A stretch of 37,786 bases of DNA, from contig SCTS01000007.1 of assembly GCA_004322365.1 (NCBI GenBank), forward strand, positions 84,266 through 122,051, in the 5' to 3' direction. The translations under genes were made by a program, and so were the position numbers. Source of the DNA: Patescibacteria group bacterium (GTDB lineage: Bacteria; Patescibacteriota; Minisyncoccia; Phycocordibacterales; Phycocordibacteraceae). The notes beneath the pieces are model-generated. The model was not told where the DNA came from and ran no database searches. It saw only the letters and a list, made by a program, of their open reading frames with translations. Positions 18,140 to 27,367 of this stretch are shown piece after piece (position 1 is the stretch's first letter; each line of letters opens with the position of its first letter).

Positions 18140-19486
18140 TTATTTCAACATACCCCTAATTTCCTCAATTTGTGTCTTTAGGTCAGTGTCAGTTGTTATT
18201 CCCCCGCGAACCTTTTCACAAGCATGAATAACAGTAGTGTGGTCACGCCCACCAAAAACTGTCCCAATTGCTGGGTATGATAGGTGAAAATCCTCCCTAA
18301 GGATATACATCATTATTTGGCGTGGACGAACTACCTCACGACGCCTTGTTTTTGCATACATACTTGCCTCATCGATATTGTAGAACTCAGCAATCCTTGA
18401 AATAACATGTTTAACCGAAACAGCCCTCTTTGGTCTCGCTGTTGTTTTTATTAGGTCCTTAATTTGATCTTCAGAAAGTGTTCCCTTGAGTTGTATTTGG
18501 CACAAAATAGTATTAAGCATCCCTTCTATTTCACGAATGTTCCCTGGAACAGCTATGGAGAGGTTCTCGATAGTTAAATCAGAAAGTGTGAGATTCATCG
18601 ATTCAGCTTTTGTTTTAATGATTGCCATACGCGATTCATGGTCAGGTTCATTTATTGCAACAGCCATACCCGCAATAAAGCGAGACTTTAAGCGCTCAGT
18701 AATGTCAGGGATTAAATTTGGGTGCTTATCAGATGAGCAGACAATTTGCTTATTGGCATCATGGAGGGTATTGAATAGATGAAAGAATTCTTCCTGAATG
18801 GTCCCTTTTTTAGAGAAGAATTGTATATCATCAATAATGAGGACATCGTACGAGCGGTATTTATCTTTAAATGAAGGAATACTTCGGTTATTTATGGCAT
18901 TCATAAACTCAAACCCGAATCGCTCCGCAGTTAAATAGAAAACTTTCTTTGAAGGGTAGGCCTTTTTAATCTGATTTCCAACAGCTTGAGTGAGGTGTGT
19001 CTTTCCTCTCCCTGTTTCGCCATACACAAATAGCGGGTTGTAGGCAATTCCTGGGTTTTTTACAACCACTTGCCCTGCAGTAAAGGCTAGTTCGTTAAAG
19101 GGTCCCACGACAAAGGTGTCGAATGTATAGCGTGGATTTAAATTGTCCGATCTATTTATGTAATAGTCGGAGAGAGGAAGCTCTGATTCCGGTCGAGTTT
19201 CTACGATGACTTTTTCAGGGACTCGTTTTGGGCTTTCTTTTGAAACAATATATTCAACGCCACGCAAAGTATCAACAAAACCCCTGATTGTTTTTAAAAC
19301 GAGTTTACCAAACCGTTCAGAAACCCACTCTTTTGTTAGTTGATTAGGGACACCAACGAACACAACGCCGTCTTCTATCCGTACGATGTGGGTTTCCCCG
19401 AACCACATTTTGAAACTTGCCGGCGATATTGAAAGCTCTATGTTCGTTAGTGTATTTTCCCAGAGCTGTTTTGTGTCGAGTTCCAT
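18140..19486 (-). CDS. dnaA: Chromosomal replication initiator DnaA
   Basis: LNPRYTFDTFVVG, YNPLFVYG..GRGKTHL, IIDDIQF, RLKSRF, GGRDHTTVIHA. Confidence 0.98.
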   Translation of the reverse strand: MELDTKQLWENTLTNIELSISPASFKMWFGETHIVRIEDGVVFVGVPNQLTKEWVSERFGKLVLKTIRGFVDTLRGVEYIVSKESPKRVPEKVIVETRPESELPLSDYYINRSDNLNPRYTFDTFVVGPFNELAFTAGQVVVKNPGIAYNPLFVYGETGRGKTHLTQAVGNQIKKAYPSKKVFYLTAERFGFEFMNAINNRSIPSFKDKYRSYDVLIIDDIQFFSKKGTIQEEFFHLFNTLHDANKQIVCSSDKHPNLIPDITERLKSRFIAGMAVAINEPDHESRMAIIKTKAESMNLTLSDLTIENLSIAVPGNIREIEGMLNTILCQIQLKGTLSEDQIKDLIKTTARPKRAVSVKHVISRIAEFYNIDEASMYAKTRRREVVRPRQIMMYILREDFHLSYPAIGTVFGGRDHTTVIHACEKVRGGITTDTDLKTQIEEIRGMLK

Positions 19487-19601
19487 GTAAAATTACTGAA
19501 AGTTCAGTTATTATACCTGTGTGGAGAAAACAGCAAACTTGCGGAAAAGGCACGCTCGTGTTAATAAACTGTGAGATACTTGTGTATAACATTCAGCGAA
19601 T
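19487..19601. promoter_or_regulatory. dnaA/rpmH divergent promoter region with DnaA boxes
   Basis: TGTGTATAA 19581-19589 (consensus box), TGTGGAGAA 19520, TGCGGAAAA 19540; TATAAT on the minus strand near 19510-19515. Confidence 0.7.
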
Positions 19602-19757
19602 ATGAAAAGAACATACCAACCTAAAAAAAGAAAGAGAGCTACAACCCACGGTTTCTTAGTCCGTACGGCCACCACCTCAGGCAGGAAGGTTTTAAAGAAT
19701 CGTCGTCGTAAGGGTCGCGCAAAGCTCACTGTTGTAAGCAAAGTAAAAGGAAAATAA
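19602..19757 (+). CDS. rpmH: 50S ribosomal protein L34
   Basis: [44 protein letters not shown]...; not in the ORF track. Confidence 0.97.
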   Translation: MKRTYQPKKRKRATTHGFLVRTATTSGRKVLKNRRRKGRAKLTVVSKVKGK

Positions 19758-19768
19758 GGCAGAGATAG

Positions 19769-19846
19769 TTAGTGTTTAGGATGATTTTCACGTCTTAGTT
19801 TTCTGAATTTAAGCTAGCGCCTAGTCCCTTGAAGCTAGAACCTATC
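19769..19846. repeat. Heptamer-repeat element between rpmH and rnpA
   Basis: Degenerate left arm, TTTA core, then AGCTAGC GCCTAGT CCCTTGA AGCTAGA ACCTATC (19812-19846). Confidence 0.75.
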
Positions 19847-19852
19847 GTTTCA

Positions 19853-20167
19853 ATGTTGTCGAAAAAAGAACGGGTTTCAAGGCTTACTTTCCAAAAGCGA
19901 CCTGTGCGAACGGGTCGCTTTATATATGGCTCTATAAAAGGGTTTGAGGGGCATCCGTCAGGTGCAGTTGTTGTGTCAAAAAAGGTTTGCCCCACAGCGC
20001 CCGAGCGAAACAAGCTTAGACGGCGCATTTATAACATTATTCGACCCCTTATCCGCACTGGAGCGATTGCCGGTGTGGTGGTCGTGTATCCAAACTCAGC
20101 GGCCCGCACAGCGAAGTTTAGTGAACTTAAAAGAGAACTGGAGAAGGTTCTAGGTGTTAGGTTATAG
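19853..20167 (+). CDS. rnpA: Ribonuclease P protein component
   Basis: VVVSKKV..APERNKLRRRI (RNR motif); rpmH-rnpA-yidC synteny; ATG at 19853. Confidence 0.9.
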   Translation: MLSKKERVSRLTFQKRPVRTGRFIYGSIKGFEGHPSGAVVVSKKVCPTAPERNKLRRRIYNIIRPLIRTGAIAGVVVVYPNSAARTAKFSELKRELEKVLGVRL

Positions 20168-20268
20168 CTTCTAGCTTTGAATTTAGAATCTGAATTTTCC
20201 CCGCAGCACAGCTGCGGGGTTTTTGATTTCAGAAAAAGCTAACACCTAACACCTAGTCCCTAGAACCT
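20143..20268. repeat. Inverted heptamer-repeat element enclosing a terminator
   Basis: Left arm CTAGGTG TTAGGTT ATAGCTT CTAGCTT (overlaps the rnpA stop); right arm AGCTAAC ACCTAAC ACCTAGT CCCTAGA ACCT (20237-20268). Confidence 0.85.
20199..20224 (+). terminator. Intrinsic terminator after rnpA
   Basis: CCCCGCAGC ACA GCTGCGGGG TTTTT. Confidence 0.8.
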
Positions 20269-20297
20269 TTTAGCCTCCTAGGCTACAATGCGATGAA

Positions 20298-21032
20298 ATG
20301 GCATCTTTTTTCCACACAGCAATCTATCAACCAATTTACAATGCGCTCGCTTTTATTATTGGTGTTGTACCAGGAGGTGATATAGGAATTGCCATTGTTC
20401 TCATCACGATACTTGTACGTCTCATCCTGTTCCCTCTCTCGATGTCTGCGATTAAAACACAGATTTCGATGCGTTCCATTGAGCCACAATTGAAGGAGCT
20501 CCGGGAAAAATTAAAAGACAACAAGGAAGAGCTGGCCCGTCGCACAATGGCACTTTTTAAAGAAAATAATATCAACCCCTTTGCAAGCTTTCTTCTCATA
20601 TTAATTCAACTTCCAATAATCATTGGGCTGTATCTCGTACTGGAGCACGAAAGCAAGGCGGTCTCATTTGACCCCAGCATTCTCTACGCGTTTGTGCAGG
20701 TTCCTGACCAAGCGTCGTTACTATTTCTTGGCTTTGTAGATCTTGCAGGCAAAAGTATTGTTCTCGCTATCATAGTGGCTATTACGCAGTTTATTTATGC
20801 TCGTCTTATGATGCCAGCGCTACCCCCTAAAAATACTTCAGGAAGCAAGCCTTCTTTCCAAGATGACCTATCGAGAAGTATGAATCTCCAAATGAAGTAT
20901 GTTTTCCCCGTTGTTATTGGCGTGGTTGCATATGCGGCGTCGTCAGCAATTGCGCTGTACTTTCTTGTAGGCAATCTTTTCAGTATTGGGCAAGAGTTAG
21001 CAATACGCCGAATGCACAATGGAAAAAAATAA
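20298..21032 (+). CDS. yidC: Membrane protein insertase YidC/Oxa1 (short form)
   Basis: GIAIVLITILVRLILFPL, INPFAS..LIQLPIIIGLY, ALYF..NLFSIGQ. Confidence 0.95.
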   Translation: MASFFHTAIYQPIYNALAFIIGVVPGGDIGIAIVLITILVRLILFPLSMSAIKTQISMRSIEPQLKELREKLKDNKEELARRTMALFKENNINPFASFLLILIQLPIIIGLYLVLEHESKAVSFDPSILYAFVQVPDQASLLFLGFVDLAGKSIVLAIIVAITQFIYARLMMPALPPKNTSGSKPSFQDDLSRSMNLQMKYVFPVVIGVVAYAASSAIALYFLVGNLFSIGQELAIRRMHNGKK

Positions 21033-21495
21033 AGTCATCGCCGTTATTAAGGAGTTGGTTGCTAAAATGGGTTTAGACCTCAAAGATGTTGTTGTGTCTG
21101 AAGTCGCGGGGCATACCCTCTTCACGCTTCTCTCAGAAGATTCTGGGGCGCTTATTGGTACAGGGGGAGAAACGCTCCACGCCTTTAATCATGTGGTGAA
21201 AAAAACACTCGAAGCTGGTTCGAAAGGCGATGAACCATTTCGTTTTGTTGTTGATGTAAACGGATACCACTTGAAGCACATAAAGATGCTCGAGGCACAG
21301 GCACTTTCACTTGCAGAGCGTGCGCGTACTTTTAAGCACGATGTCGACATGAGCCCTATGAGCCCGTATGACCGTTTGATTGTGCACGCGTCTCTCCAAG
21401 GTTCCCCTAGTATCAAAACAGAATCAGAGGGCGAAGGTAAGCTTCGACATATTGTGATTCGCTATAAAGGTGAGGGGGTGCCAACGCCCCAATAG
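21019..21495 (+). CDS. jag: Jag/EloR-type KH + R3H RNA-binding protein
   Basis: LIGTGGETL (KH), VDVNGY, PMSPYDRLIVH (R3H), TESEGEG; follows yidC. Confidence 0.88.
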   Translation: MEKNKVIAVIKELVAKMGLDLKDVVVSEVAGHTLFTLLSEDSGALIGTGGETLHAFNHVVKKTLEAGSKGDEPFRFVVDVNGYHLKHIKMLEAQALSLAERARTFKHDVDMSPMSPYDRLIVHASLQGSPSIKTESEGEGKLRHIVIRYKGEGVPTPQ

Positions 21496-21502
21496 CCTTA
21501 TT

Positions 21503-22717
21503 TTATTGATCCCTATTTAAGTCGAGTGACCACACACTGAGGTCATTTTTGTTTATGAAGAGAGCAAATCTACCGTCGGCAGAAACGGTCGGATTGAGAA
21601 CATCAATGGAGGTGTTTGCTATTTCCTGAAGATATCCTAATGAATGTGCGGTATTTTCAATGGGGCGAATAATCCATACAGAGTCACTAAAAGATATTTT
21701 ACCGAGGAGCCAATCATCCGGGAGTGTTGCTGTTCCCCCTCGCAAGGGATCTGATATTGCACAGAAAACACGCGGAGCGTCTTCTGAAATCCACGCACAC
21801 TTTGTTGCAAGGGTTTTTAGAGGAAGTGTGTAGTTTTGTCCGGTTTTTGTATCGATCATTCCAAGAAAAACCTTTACCCCTGTTGCTCCGCTGTAGAGAA
21901 TATAACGCCCTGTCGGGCTTGGTACTGAAAGAAGTCCAGGGATATCGCTCAATATTTTAGTAAGACCACCGTTGCTTTTAATTTCATATAAGAACCCCGA
22001 AGCTCCTGAAGAAGGAGCGCTCTGTATAAAAAAACGACTGTCTCCCGCGAGTGGCACCCATGAGCGAATTGGGGAAAGGAGAATTGTGCGAGATTTTGTG
22101 CCGTCGGGTTGCATAAGTTCAATTTGTGAACCTCGTAGAACTTCAGTAACCGTCATCATACTTAATCCGTTTTTGGCTACCGCAACGCGCTGGAATCCTT
22201 TGAGAGCGGATGTATTGAGAGATTGTTGTGAGCTCGTTGCATTGAGCACGCCAAATGCGTTTGAAATAGTTTCCGTGCCGGTTAATGTACGGAGGAGAAG
22301 GGCGGTGTCGTTAACTACAAGAAGCTCCTGCATGAGAGGAATTGTGGTATTAGAAATTCGTAGTTCCGCGTATGAGTCGGTAGGTGTTTCAAATATGTGC
22401 CCTGTTGCTCTCTCTGTAAACCGGATATGAGGTGGAGTTGTTGTTCCTGATGGAGAAGTAAACCACGCTCCTGCAGTGGGACGCGCACTCACCTGACGGA
22501 TACGAGCAGTTACTTTTTGCGCCGACTCCCCCGACGCTTCGTTTGTAGGTTTTTCTGAAGCTCGATTTCCTTGCCCGAATGGGAAAAATGCACTGAAGAA
22601 ATCTTTCGGTGCTCCAGCGGTGTTGCTGTCTGTTTTTTGAAACACGAAAAAGTATCCAACAGCAAAAAGTGCGACAGCAAGCAGTCCCAGACCAGAAATG
22701 ATAAGCGTTCGTCGCAT
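21503..22717 (-). CDS. Membrane-anchored protein, probable beta-propeller (TolB-like repeats)
   Basis: N-terminal TM; SPTGRYILY and SADGRFALF repeats; KCAW..FCA. Confidence 0.6.
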   Translation of the reverse strand: MRRTLIISGLGLLAVALFAVGYFFVFQKTDSNTAGAPKDFFSAFFPFGQGNRASEKPTNEASGESAQKVTARIRQVSARPTAGAWFTSPSGTTTPPHIRFTERATGHIFETPTDSYAELRISNTTIPLMQELLVVNDTALLLRTLTGTETISNAFGVLNATSSQQSLNTSALKGFQRVAVAKNGLSMMTVTEVLRGSQIELMQPDGTKSRTILLSPIRSWVPLAGDSRFFIQSAPSSGASGFLYEIKSNGGLTKILSDIPGLLSVPSPTGRYILYSGATGVKVFLGMIDTKTGQNYTLPLKTLATKCAWISEDAPRVFCAISDPLRGGTATLPDDWLLGKISFSDSVWIIRPIENTAHSLGYLQEIANTSIDVLNPTVSADGRFALFINKNDLSVWSLDLNRDQ

Positions 22718-22721
22718 AGTG

Positions 22722-23666
22722 TTAACGAATTGAGCTACAACCAGATTGTGTGCTTAATGGTTGCCCGCAGTTACAAGGAAAGTTACTTGTTATTGTTAGT
22801 GTCGGATTTTGATTCATGAAAGTCGTAAGAGATGCATCACACTGAGAAGAGTTACTGAATGGGCCAGCCTGTCTCGTAATTCTTGCCCCAGTACCATTAG
22901 GAGGTTGTAAAAAGTCACCTCGCCAGCCGTACTGCACAGTTGTTGGTGATGCAGGCTGAGCTCCTCCTGGAGTAGGAGTAGCAGGTGCTGATGGACTTCC
23001 TGCTGGTGTTGCAGGTGAAGTAGGAGGAGTTGCGGAAGCGGGACAGCGTTGCACAGCGTCACCCGTTGTGCACTCGCCCCCAGTTGGTGTTAAGAATGCA
23101 TTATCAAGCCAACATGTTAGGGTACACCCAGCGCTCAATGTTCCATCGTACGCTCGCAATTCAGTTCCGCTCGGCAAAGCGCTTGGGTTAAGGGCACCAG
23201 TGGCTCCTGTTGCTCCGGTACTACCAGGAGGGGGTGTTGCTCTGCTCGAACTGCTTCCCCCTAAACCGCGTATGTTGTCATTGAGCGATTTTATATTGAG
23301 TATTTGGGGGTTGATGACGTTGAGCAGGATATACGATAATAAAAGTAAAACCAATCCTATGGCCGCTCCTTGGAGTCCTTCAATTGCGGCTTTTTTTGTC
23401 CCGATAGCATCGGATGTCATGTAGCGGATACCATCAAAGGTAATCATGACGACCCCAAGAATCGTGGCGACAGCAATGGTAAGTACGAATATTCCATTTA
23501 AGTAATCAGTGAGCGATGTTTCAGCCCCAACAGCGCCCCCAGTAGGGAGAGGTACCGATACAATTGGTTGAAATTGAAACTGAGGTGGAGCTTCAGCATG
23601 GGCCGGAGTTGCCACCACGAAGAGTGAAATGAGAATGAGCGAAAAGATGAAAAGTGTGCGTGGCAT
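22722..23666 (-). CDS. VirB2/TrbC-like T4SS pilin with Pro/Thr-rich linkers and Cys-rich C-terminal extension
   Basis: Signal peptide (AHA), two TM helices around GIRYMTS..KKAA..GAAIGLVLLLLSYILLNVINP. Confidence 0.7.
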   Translation of the reverse strand: MPRTLFIFSLILISLFVVATPAHAEAPPQFQFQPIVSVPLPTGGAVGAETSLTDYLNGIFVLTIAVATILGVVMITFDGIRYMTSDAIGTKKAAIEGLQGAAIGLVLLLLSYILLNVINPQILNIKSLNDNIRGLGGSSSSRATPPPGSTGATGATGALNPSALPSGTELRAYDGTLSAGCTLTCWLDNAFLTPTGGECTTGDAVQRCPASATPPTSPATPAGSPSAPATPTPGGAQPASPTTVQYGWRGDFLQPPNGTGARITRQAGPFSNSSQCDASLTTFMNQNPTLTITSNFPCNCGQPLSTQSGCSSIR

Positions 23667-23671
23667 GGTAA

Positions 23672-24640
23672 TTAAAATGTGAGTTGAAATGTAGTATCTC
23701 CGCGCTCTAAGAATTTTTTCATATTTTCAAATGAGACACTCACCGTATGTGTTCCTTTACCACCTCCAACCTTCCTAAATGTAGCATTACGAGGCCGTGC
23801 AGGGTCAACTGCAAATGGAGAGGTGTCGAGGTTCCATGTATAGGACACATCATTCATATTGCTCACAAAGAGCGGGTACGCAACGAATGATACCTCCTCG
23901 TTAATAAATGGGAATAGTCCCGCCTCGGCTTTATTGAAGCGCACGCCAAGAAGTGGTGCGTCCTCATAAATAATAAGAGATGGTGTTTGTGGTTGGATGA
24001 GAACTGAATTTTCTGCGACTACTGTTCCGCTTTTGTTGCTCACAAGAACAGAAACAGTAAAAGCAGAACCAAAGCGCGGAGGAGTTACTGCGATGCTTGA
24101 TTTCCCGTAGCCTGATTGTTTTTGTAAAGTAACCCCACCCATTTTCCATGAATAGATAAGAGATTCAGGTTCAGCCTCAATACCGTTTATAGGAAGATGA
24201 GGGATAGCAATAACCGTAACTATACTTTGTGCGGTAGGAAGTGGGCGCCCAATATACAAAGGAGGTGTGTAGGTATCCCCTTCCCATATAATATCTACCG
24301 ACGCTGGTCGAATGATGGTCACGGCATCGCCTCTAGCAACATCATTTTCAATAGCGATAACGCGTATGGTTTCAGCCGTTCCTTCTCCTCTTGCCGTGAT
24401 AGAAATTGATTTGTGCCCGATGCCCTGATCAACCATTCTGTCGTTTACTAACCACATGTACGCCGTTGTACCCACCTCTTCCTGCGGGTCGGAGACCGTT
24501 AGTGTTACTTGATTGCCTGCGCGTGGGTGCTCGGGGCTTACCCCTATTTCTAGAGGTGAGCCAAAGCTTGGTAGCATAGCCGCTGAAGCAAAAATGGGCG
24601 CTAAGGTTAATAGAGAAAGCACGAGTATTCCACGGAGCAT
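23672..24640 (-). CDS. Exported protein with probable Ig-like domains
   Basis: Signal peptide; three Y-x-W repeats (AYMW, IYSW, SYTW); TYTPPLYIGRPLP. Confidence 0.6.
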   Translation of the reverse strand: MLRGILVLSLLTLAPIFASAAMLPSFGSPLEIGVSPEHPRAGNQVTLTVSDPQEEVGTTAYMWLVNDRMVDQGIGHKSISITARGEGTAETIRVIAIENDVARGDAVTIIRPASVDIIWEGDTYTPPLYIGRPLPTAQSIVTVIAIPHLPINGIEAEPESLIYSWKMGGVTLQKQSGYGKSSIAVTPPRFGSAFTVSVLVSNKSGTVVAENSVLIQPQTPSLIIYEDAPLLGVRFNKAEAGLFPFINEEVSFVAYPLFVSNMNDVSYTWNLDTSPFAVDPARPRNATFRKVGGGKGTHTVSVSFENMKKFLERGDTTFQLTF

Positions 24641-24663
24641 AGTTCTTATTATAAGGGACGGGG

Positions 24664-24876
24664 AAGCTTTCAGCTTTCAGCTTTCAGCTTTCAGGGGGAC
24701 ATTGTCAGAGGGTAAGGTTGGCCTCCGGTCTCTAGCCTTTAGGCGACACCTCTGATGCTTCATCACCCTGTCGAGGGTTCGGATCCGGAGAGATCACAGG
24801 AAGCGGAGCTAGGAGTTAGGGGGGTTGGAAGTTAGAAGCTGAAACCCGACAGCTAGAAGTTTGAAGCCAAAAGCTA
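24664..24876. repeat. Inverted heptamer-repeat element with ~120-nt structured insert
   Basis: Left arm AAGCTTT (CAGCTTT)x3; right arm AGTTAGA AGCTGAA ACCCGAC AGCTAGA AGTTTGA AGCCAAA AGCTA, ending in the virB4 stop. Confidence 0.8.
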
Positions 24877-26685
24877 TTCCGATGCTTCCCTCTTTTGTTG
24901 GGCTATTGCAAGAAGTTGAGATGGGTCTGAAGTAATTATTTGGTCTTCAGTGTAGGATGCAATTATTTTTATGGCGACATGTTTGAGCCCCGCGAAGAAA
25001 ATTCCCTCACCCACATCAGATTCAAGCAGAAGATATTTTTCCTCCTCCGTGAGGTTGAATGTTTTTTGTACGGCATCTATGGATGTTGGTGACTGCTTCA
25101 AAAGAATTTGGATTGATGAGTTAGTGAGCATTGGCAGTCCGTAGGGTGACTTTAGGAAGTCCTCAACATCTTGAGTGATGGTAGCGAGACCAAGATAGTA
25201 TTTTCTTCCGCGCTTTGCCATTCCGTAAAGGAATGCAGCGGTATCTTCTGATTTCATCATCCACCATGCCTCATCAATAACAAGAAGTCGTTTGCGCAAA
25301 TCTTTTCTCACCGCATTCCAAATGAAGTGCGTAATGATATACATCGCAATTGTCTTCAACTCATCTTCCATGTTTCGAACTGAGAACGCGACGAACTTTT
25401 TGTTGATGTCGACATTGGTTGGTCGGTTGATAAAGCCAGACCATGTGCCCTTGGTGTATTTTGTAATTCTCTGAACTAAAGACTCGCTTCCTTCCATACC
25501 GGCAAGCACTAGCTCGAAGTCAGAAAGAAGTGGTGGTTCCATGTTGGTGAAATCGTTCGCACCAGTGATGTCTTTGAGTGCGTATGTTTCCGTAATGGCG
25601 CGGTCAATAATCGCATCCTCTTCAGGAGTGAGCCCCCCAAGCATTAAGCGAAATAGTCCCACAAGGTTGATGATGTTTGAGCGGAGAATATCAGCTGGCG
25701 ACTCGTCTTCACGAGCTACTGGCAAGTCGAAAGGATTGATGCGGTTTTCTGATGAGAGTGAAATATTGAAAAATCTTCCACCTACAGCATTTGCAAGATA
25801 TTCGTATTCACTCTCAGGGTCGATGACGATAACCTCTGTGTCGAACATCAGCGTTCGCAAGATTTCAAGTTTTGTACCATATGATTTTCCTGAACCCGAT
25901 TTTGCAAAGGTGACTGAGTTGTAGTTTTCAAGAGAAAATCGATCAAAGAGAATTAATGACGAGTTGTGTCTGTTTATACCGTAGAGAATTCCTTTGTCGC
26001 TCGTAAGGTCGAAGGATATAAATGGGAAGAAGCTTGAGAGTGGAGCAGAATTCATTTTCGAGTTCACCGCTAACTGGTCATCCCCTATTGGTATGACACT
26101 CTTGAATCCTTGTTCTTGCTGGAATAGCGCAGGCTTTATGTAAACGAGTTTTGAGTCAAGGATTGAGCGCATCTCTGCTTCGGTTTTGTCCAATTCTTCT
26201 TGATCTGTGCCGTAAATTGAGATATAGAGACCTACATCAAATACTCGCTCTTGCGCCTGCTGGAGTTGATTTCTAAGTTGCTCAATGTCTTGGTAGGCCG
26301 TGTCGAGCATAGGGTCTCGTACCATGCCTTTTTCTTGACGGGTCATGATTTGGCTCTGCACCTCGGCAACTTTTTTCTGAAACTTGCGGAGAATTGCTGC
26401 TGTGTCTACAGGATGAATGAATATGGAAATATCAAGCACGCGGTCACGGTTAATAATTGGAGCAAACCAAGTGCCTGACAGAAAGCGCGGATATGAAATT
26501 ACATAGAAGGTGCGCACCAGCTTATCGCCCAAGTTCATTTCACGCGGAGTAATCTTTAACGCTGATGGAGCGATGATGTCTGCAAAATCGAGTTTTGCTG
26601 CTTCATAAATATCCTTAGGTAAAAAAGGAGTCAGCGTCTCCTTCTTTTTTCCAGCGTTACCTAAAAATGTATCGAAGATTCCCAT
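24874..26685 (-). CDS. virB4: VirB4/TraC-like type IV secretion ATPase
   Basis: YGIN..LILFDRF, AKSGSGKS (Walker A), VIDPESEY, INPFD, VIDEAW (Walker B), KRGRKY, ITQDVEDF. Confidence 0.88.
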   Translation of the reverse strand: MGIFDTFLGNAGKKKETLTPFLPKDIYEAAKLDFADIIAPSALKITPREMNLGDKLVRTFYVISYPRFLSGTWFAPIINRDRVLDISIFIHPVDTAAILRKFQKKVAEVQSQIMTRQEKGMVRDPMLDTAYQDIEQLRNQLQQAQERVFDVGLYISIYGTDQEELDKTEAEMRSILDSKLVYIKPALFQQEQGFKSVIPIGDDQLAVNSKMNSAPLSSFFPFISFDLTSDKGILYGINRHNSSLILFDRFSLENYNSVTFAKSGSGKSYGTKLEILRTLMFDTEVIVIDPESEYEYLANAVGGRFFNISLSSENRINPFDLPVAREDESPADILRSNIINLVGLFRLMLGGLTPEEDAIIDRAITETYALKDITGANDFTNMEPPLLSDFELVLAGMEGSESLVQRITKYTKGTWSGFINRPTNVDINKKFVAFSVRNMEDELKTIAMYIITHFIWNAVRKDLRKRLLVIDEAWWMMKSEDTAAFLYGMAKRGRKYYLGLATITQDVEDFLKSPYGLPMLTNSSIQILLKQSPTSIDAVQKTFNLTEEEKYLLLESDVGEGIFFAGLKHVAIKIIASYTEDQIITSDPSQLLAIAQQKREASE

Positions 26686-26687
26686 GG

Positions 26688-27359
26688 TTATATAAGTGGC
26701 GCGTTAGCCTGATCCATAACGATTGGTTTTTCCAACTCCCCAGGGTTGAACTCTTTGTAGAGAAGCTCTATCACCTCTTCAGTACCAAGAGGAACGGTTC
26801 GTACCCCTGTGCGTGCCAACCCTTGTTCCACCACCCCCATTCTCTGCTCCAACTGTGTACGGTGTTCCTCAAAACCAATAGCATTCTCATCTCTCGATGA
26901 CAGATTTGTCTTCCCAAACACTTTATTTTGCACTGCTTTTTTTATATCAAGAGCTGGTGGAGAGTATGGAACAACAATAAAGAAATGTTTACTCATAATG
27001 TTCGCTCTCTCAATGAATGTTTTGATGAACTCTATATATTCGCGCACCTGTATTTTCATCAACTCCTCCGTCTGTGCCTTTAGTCGTTCTTCCAGAAGTG
27101 CTATGTAGGGTCTGATATCGAGTTTTCGCGATTGTATGAAAAACTGAACACTGAAATCAAGCGAATTCATAAAGCTCTGAAATTGCGAGAGTATGGCGTT
27201 TTGCTCGTCCTCTGACTTCAGTGCAAAGTTAATACTTGAAGCAAGCATGACCCCGACGAGTGTGCCATTTTTCATTACCATCACACCGCCACGAACTTCC
27301 TTCACTGGAACGAAGTCCTGAGCCGCTTTTGTTTTTGTTGTTTTTTGGTCGCCAGACAT
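26688..27359 (-). CDS. T4SS-associated protein (VirB4/TraC N-terminal-like) upstream of virB4
   Basis: SSINFALKSEDEQNAI..FMNSLDFSVQ..SRKLDI..Y; 2-bp gap to virB4. Confidence 0.7.
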   Translation of the reverse strand: MSGDQKTTKTKAAQDFVPVKEVRGGVMVMKNGTLVGVMLASSINFALKSEDEQNAILSQFQSFMNSLDFSVQFFIQSRKLDIRPYIALLEERLKAQTEELMKIQVREYIEFIKTFIERANIMSKHFFIVVPYSPPALDIKKAVQNKVFGKTNLSSRDENAIGFEEHRTQLEQRMGVVEQGLARTGVRTVPLGTEEVIELLYKEFNPGELEKPIVMDQANAPLI

Positions 27360-27367
27360 ATTGTTGG

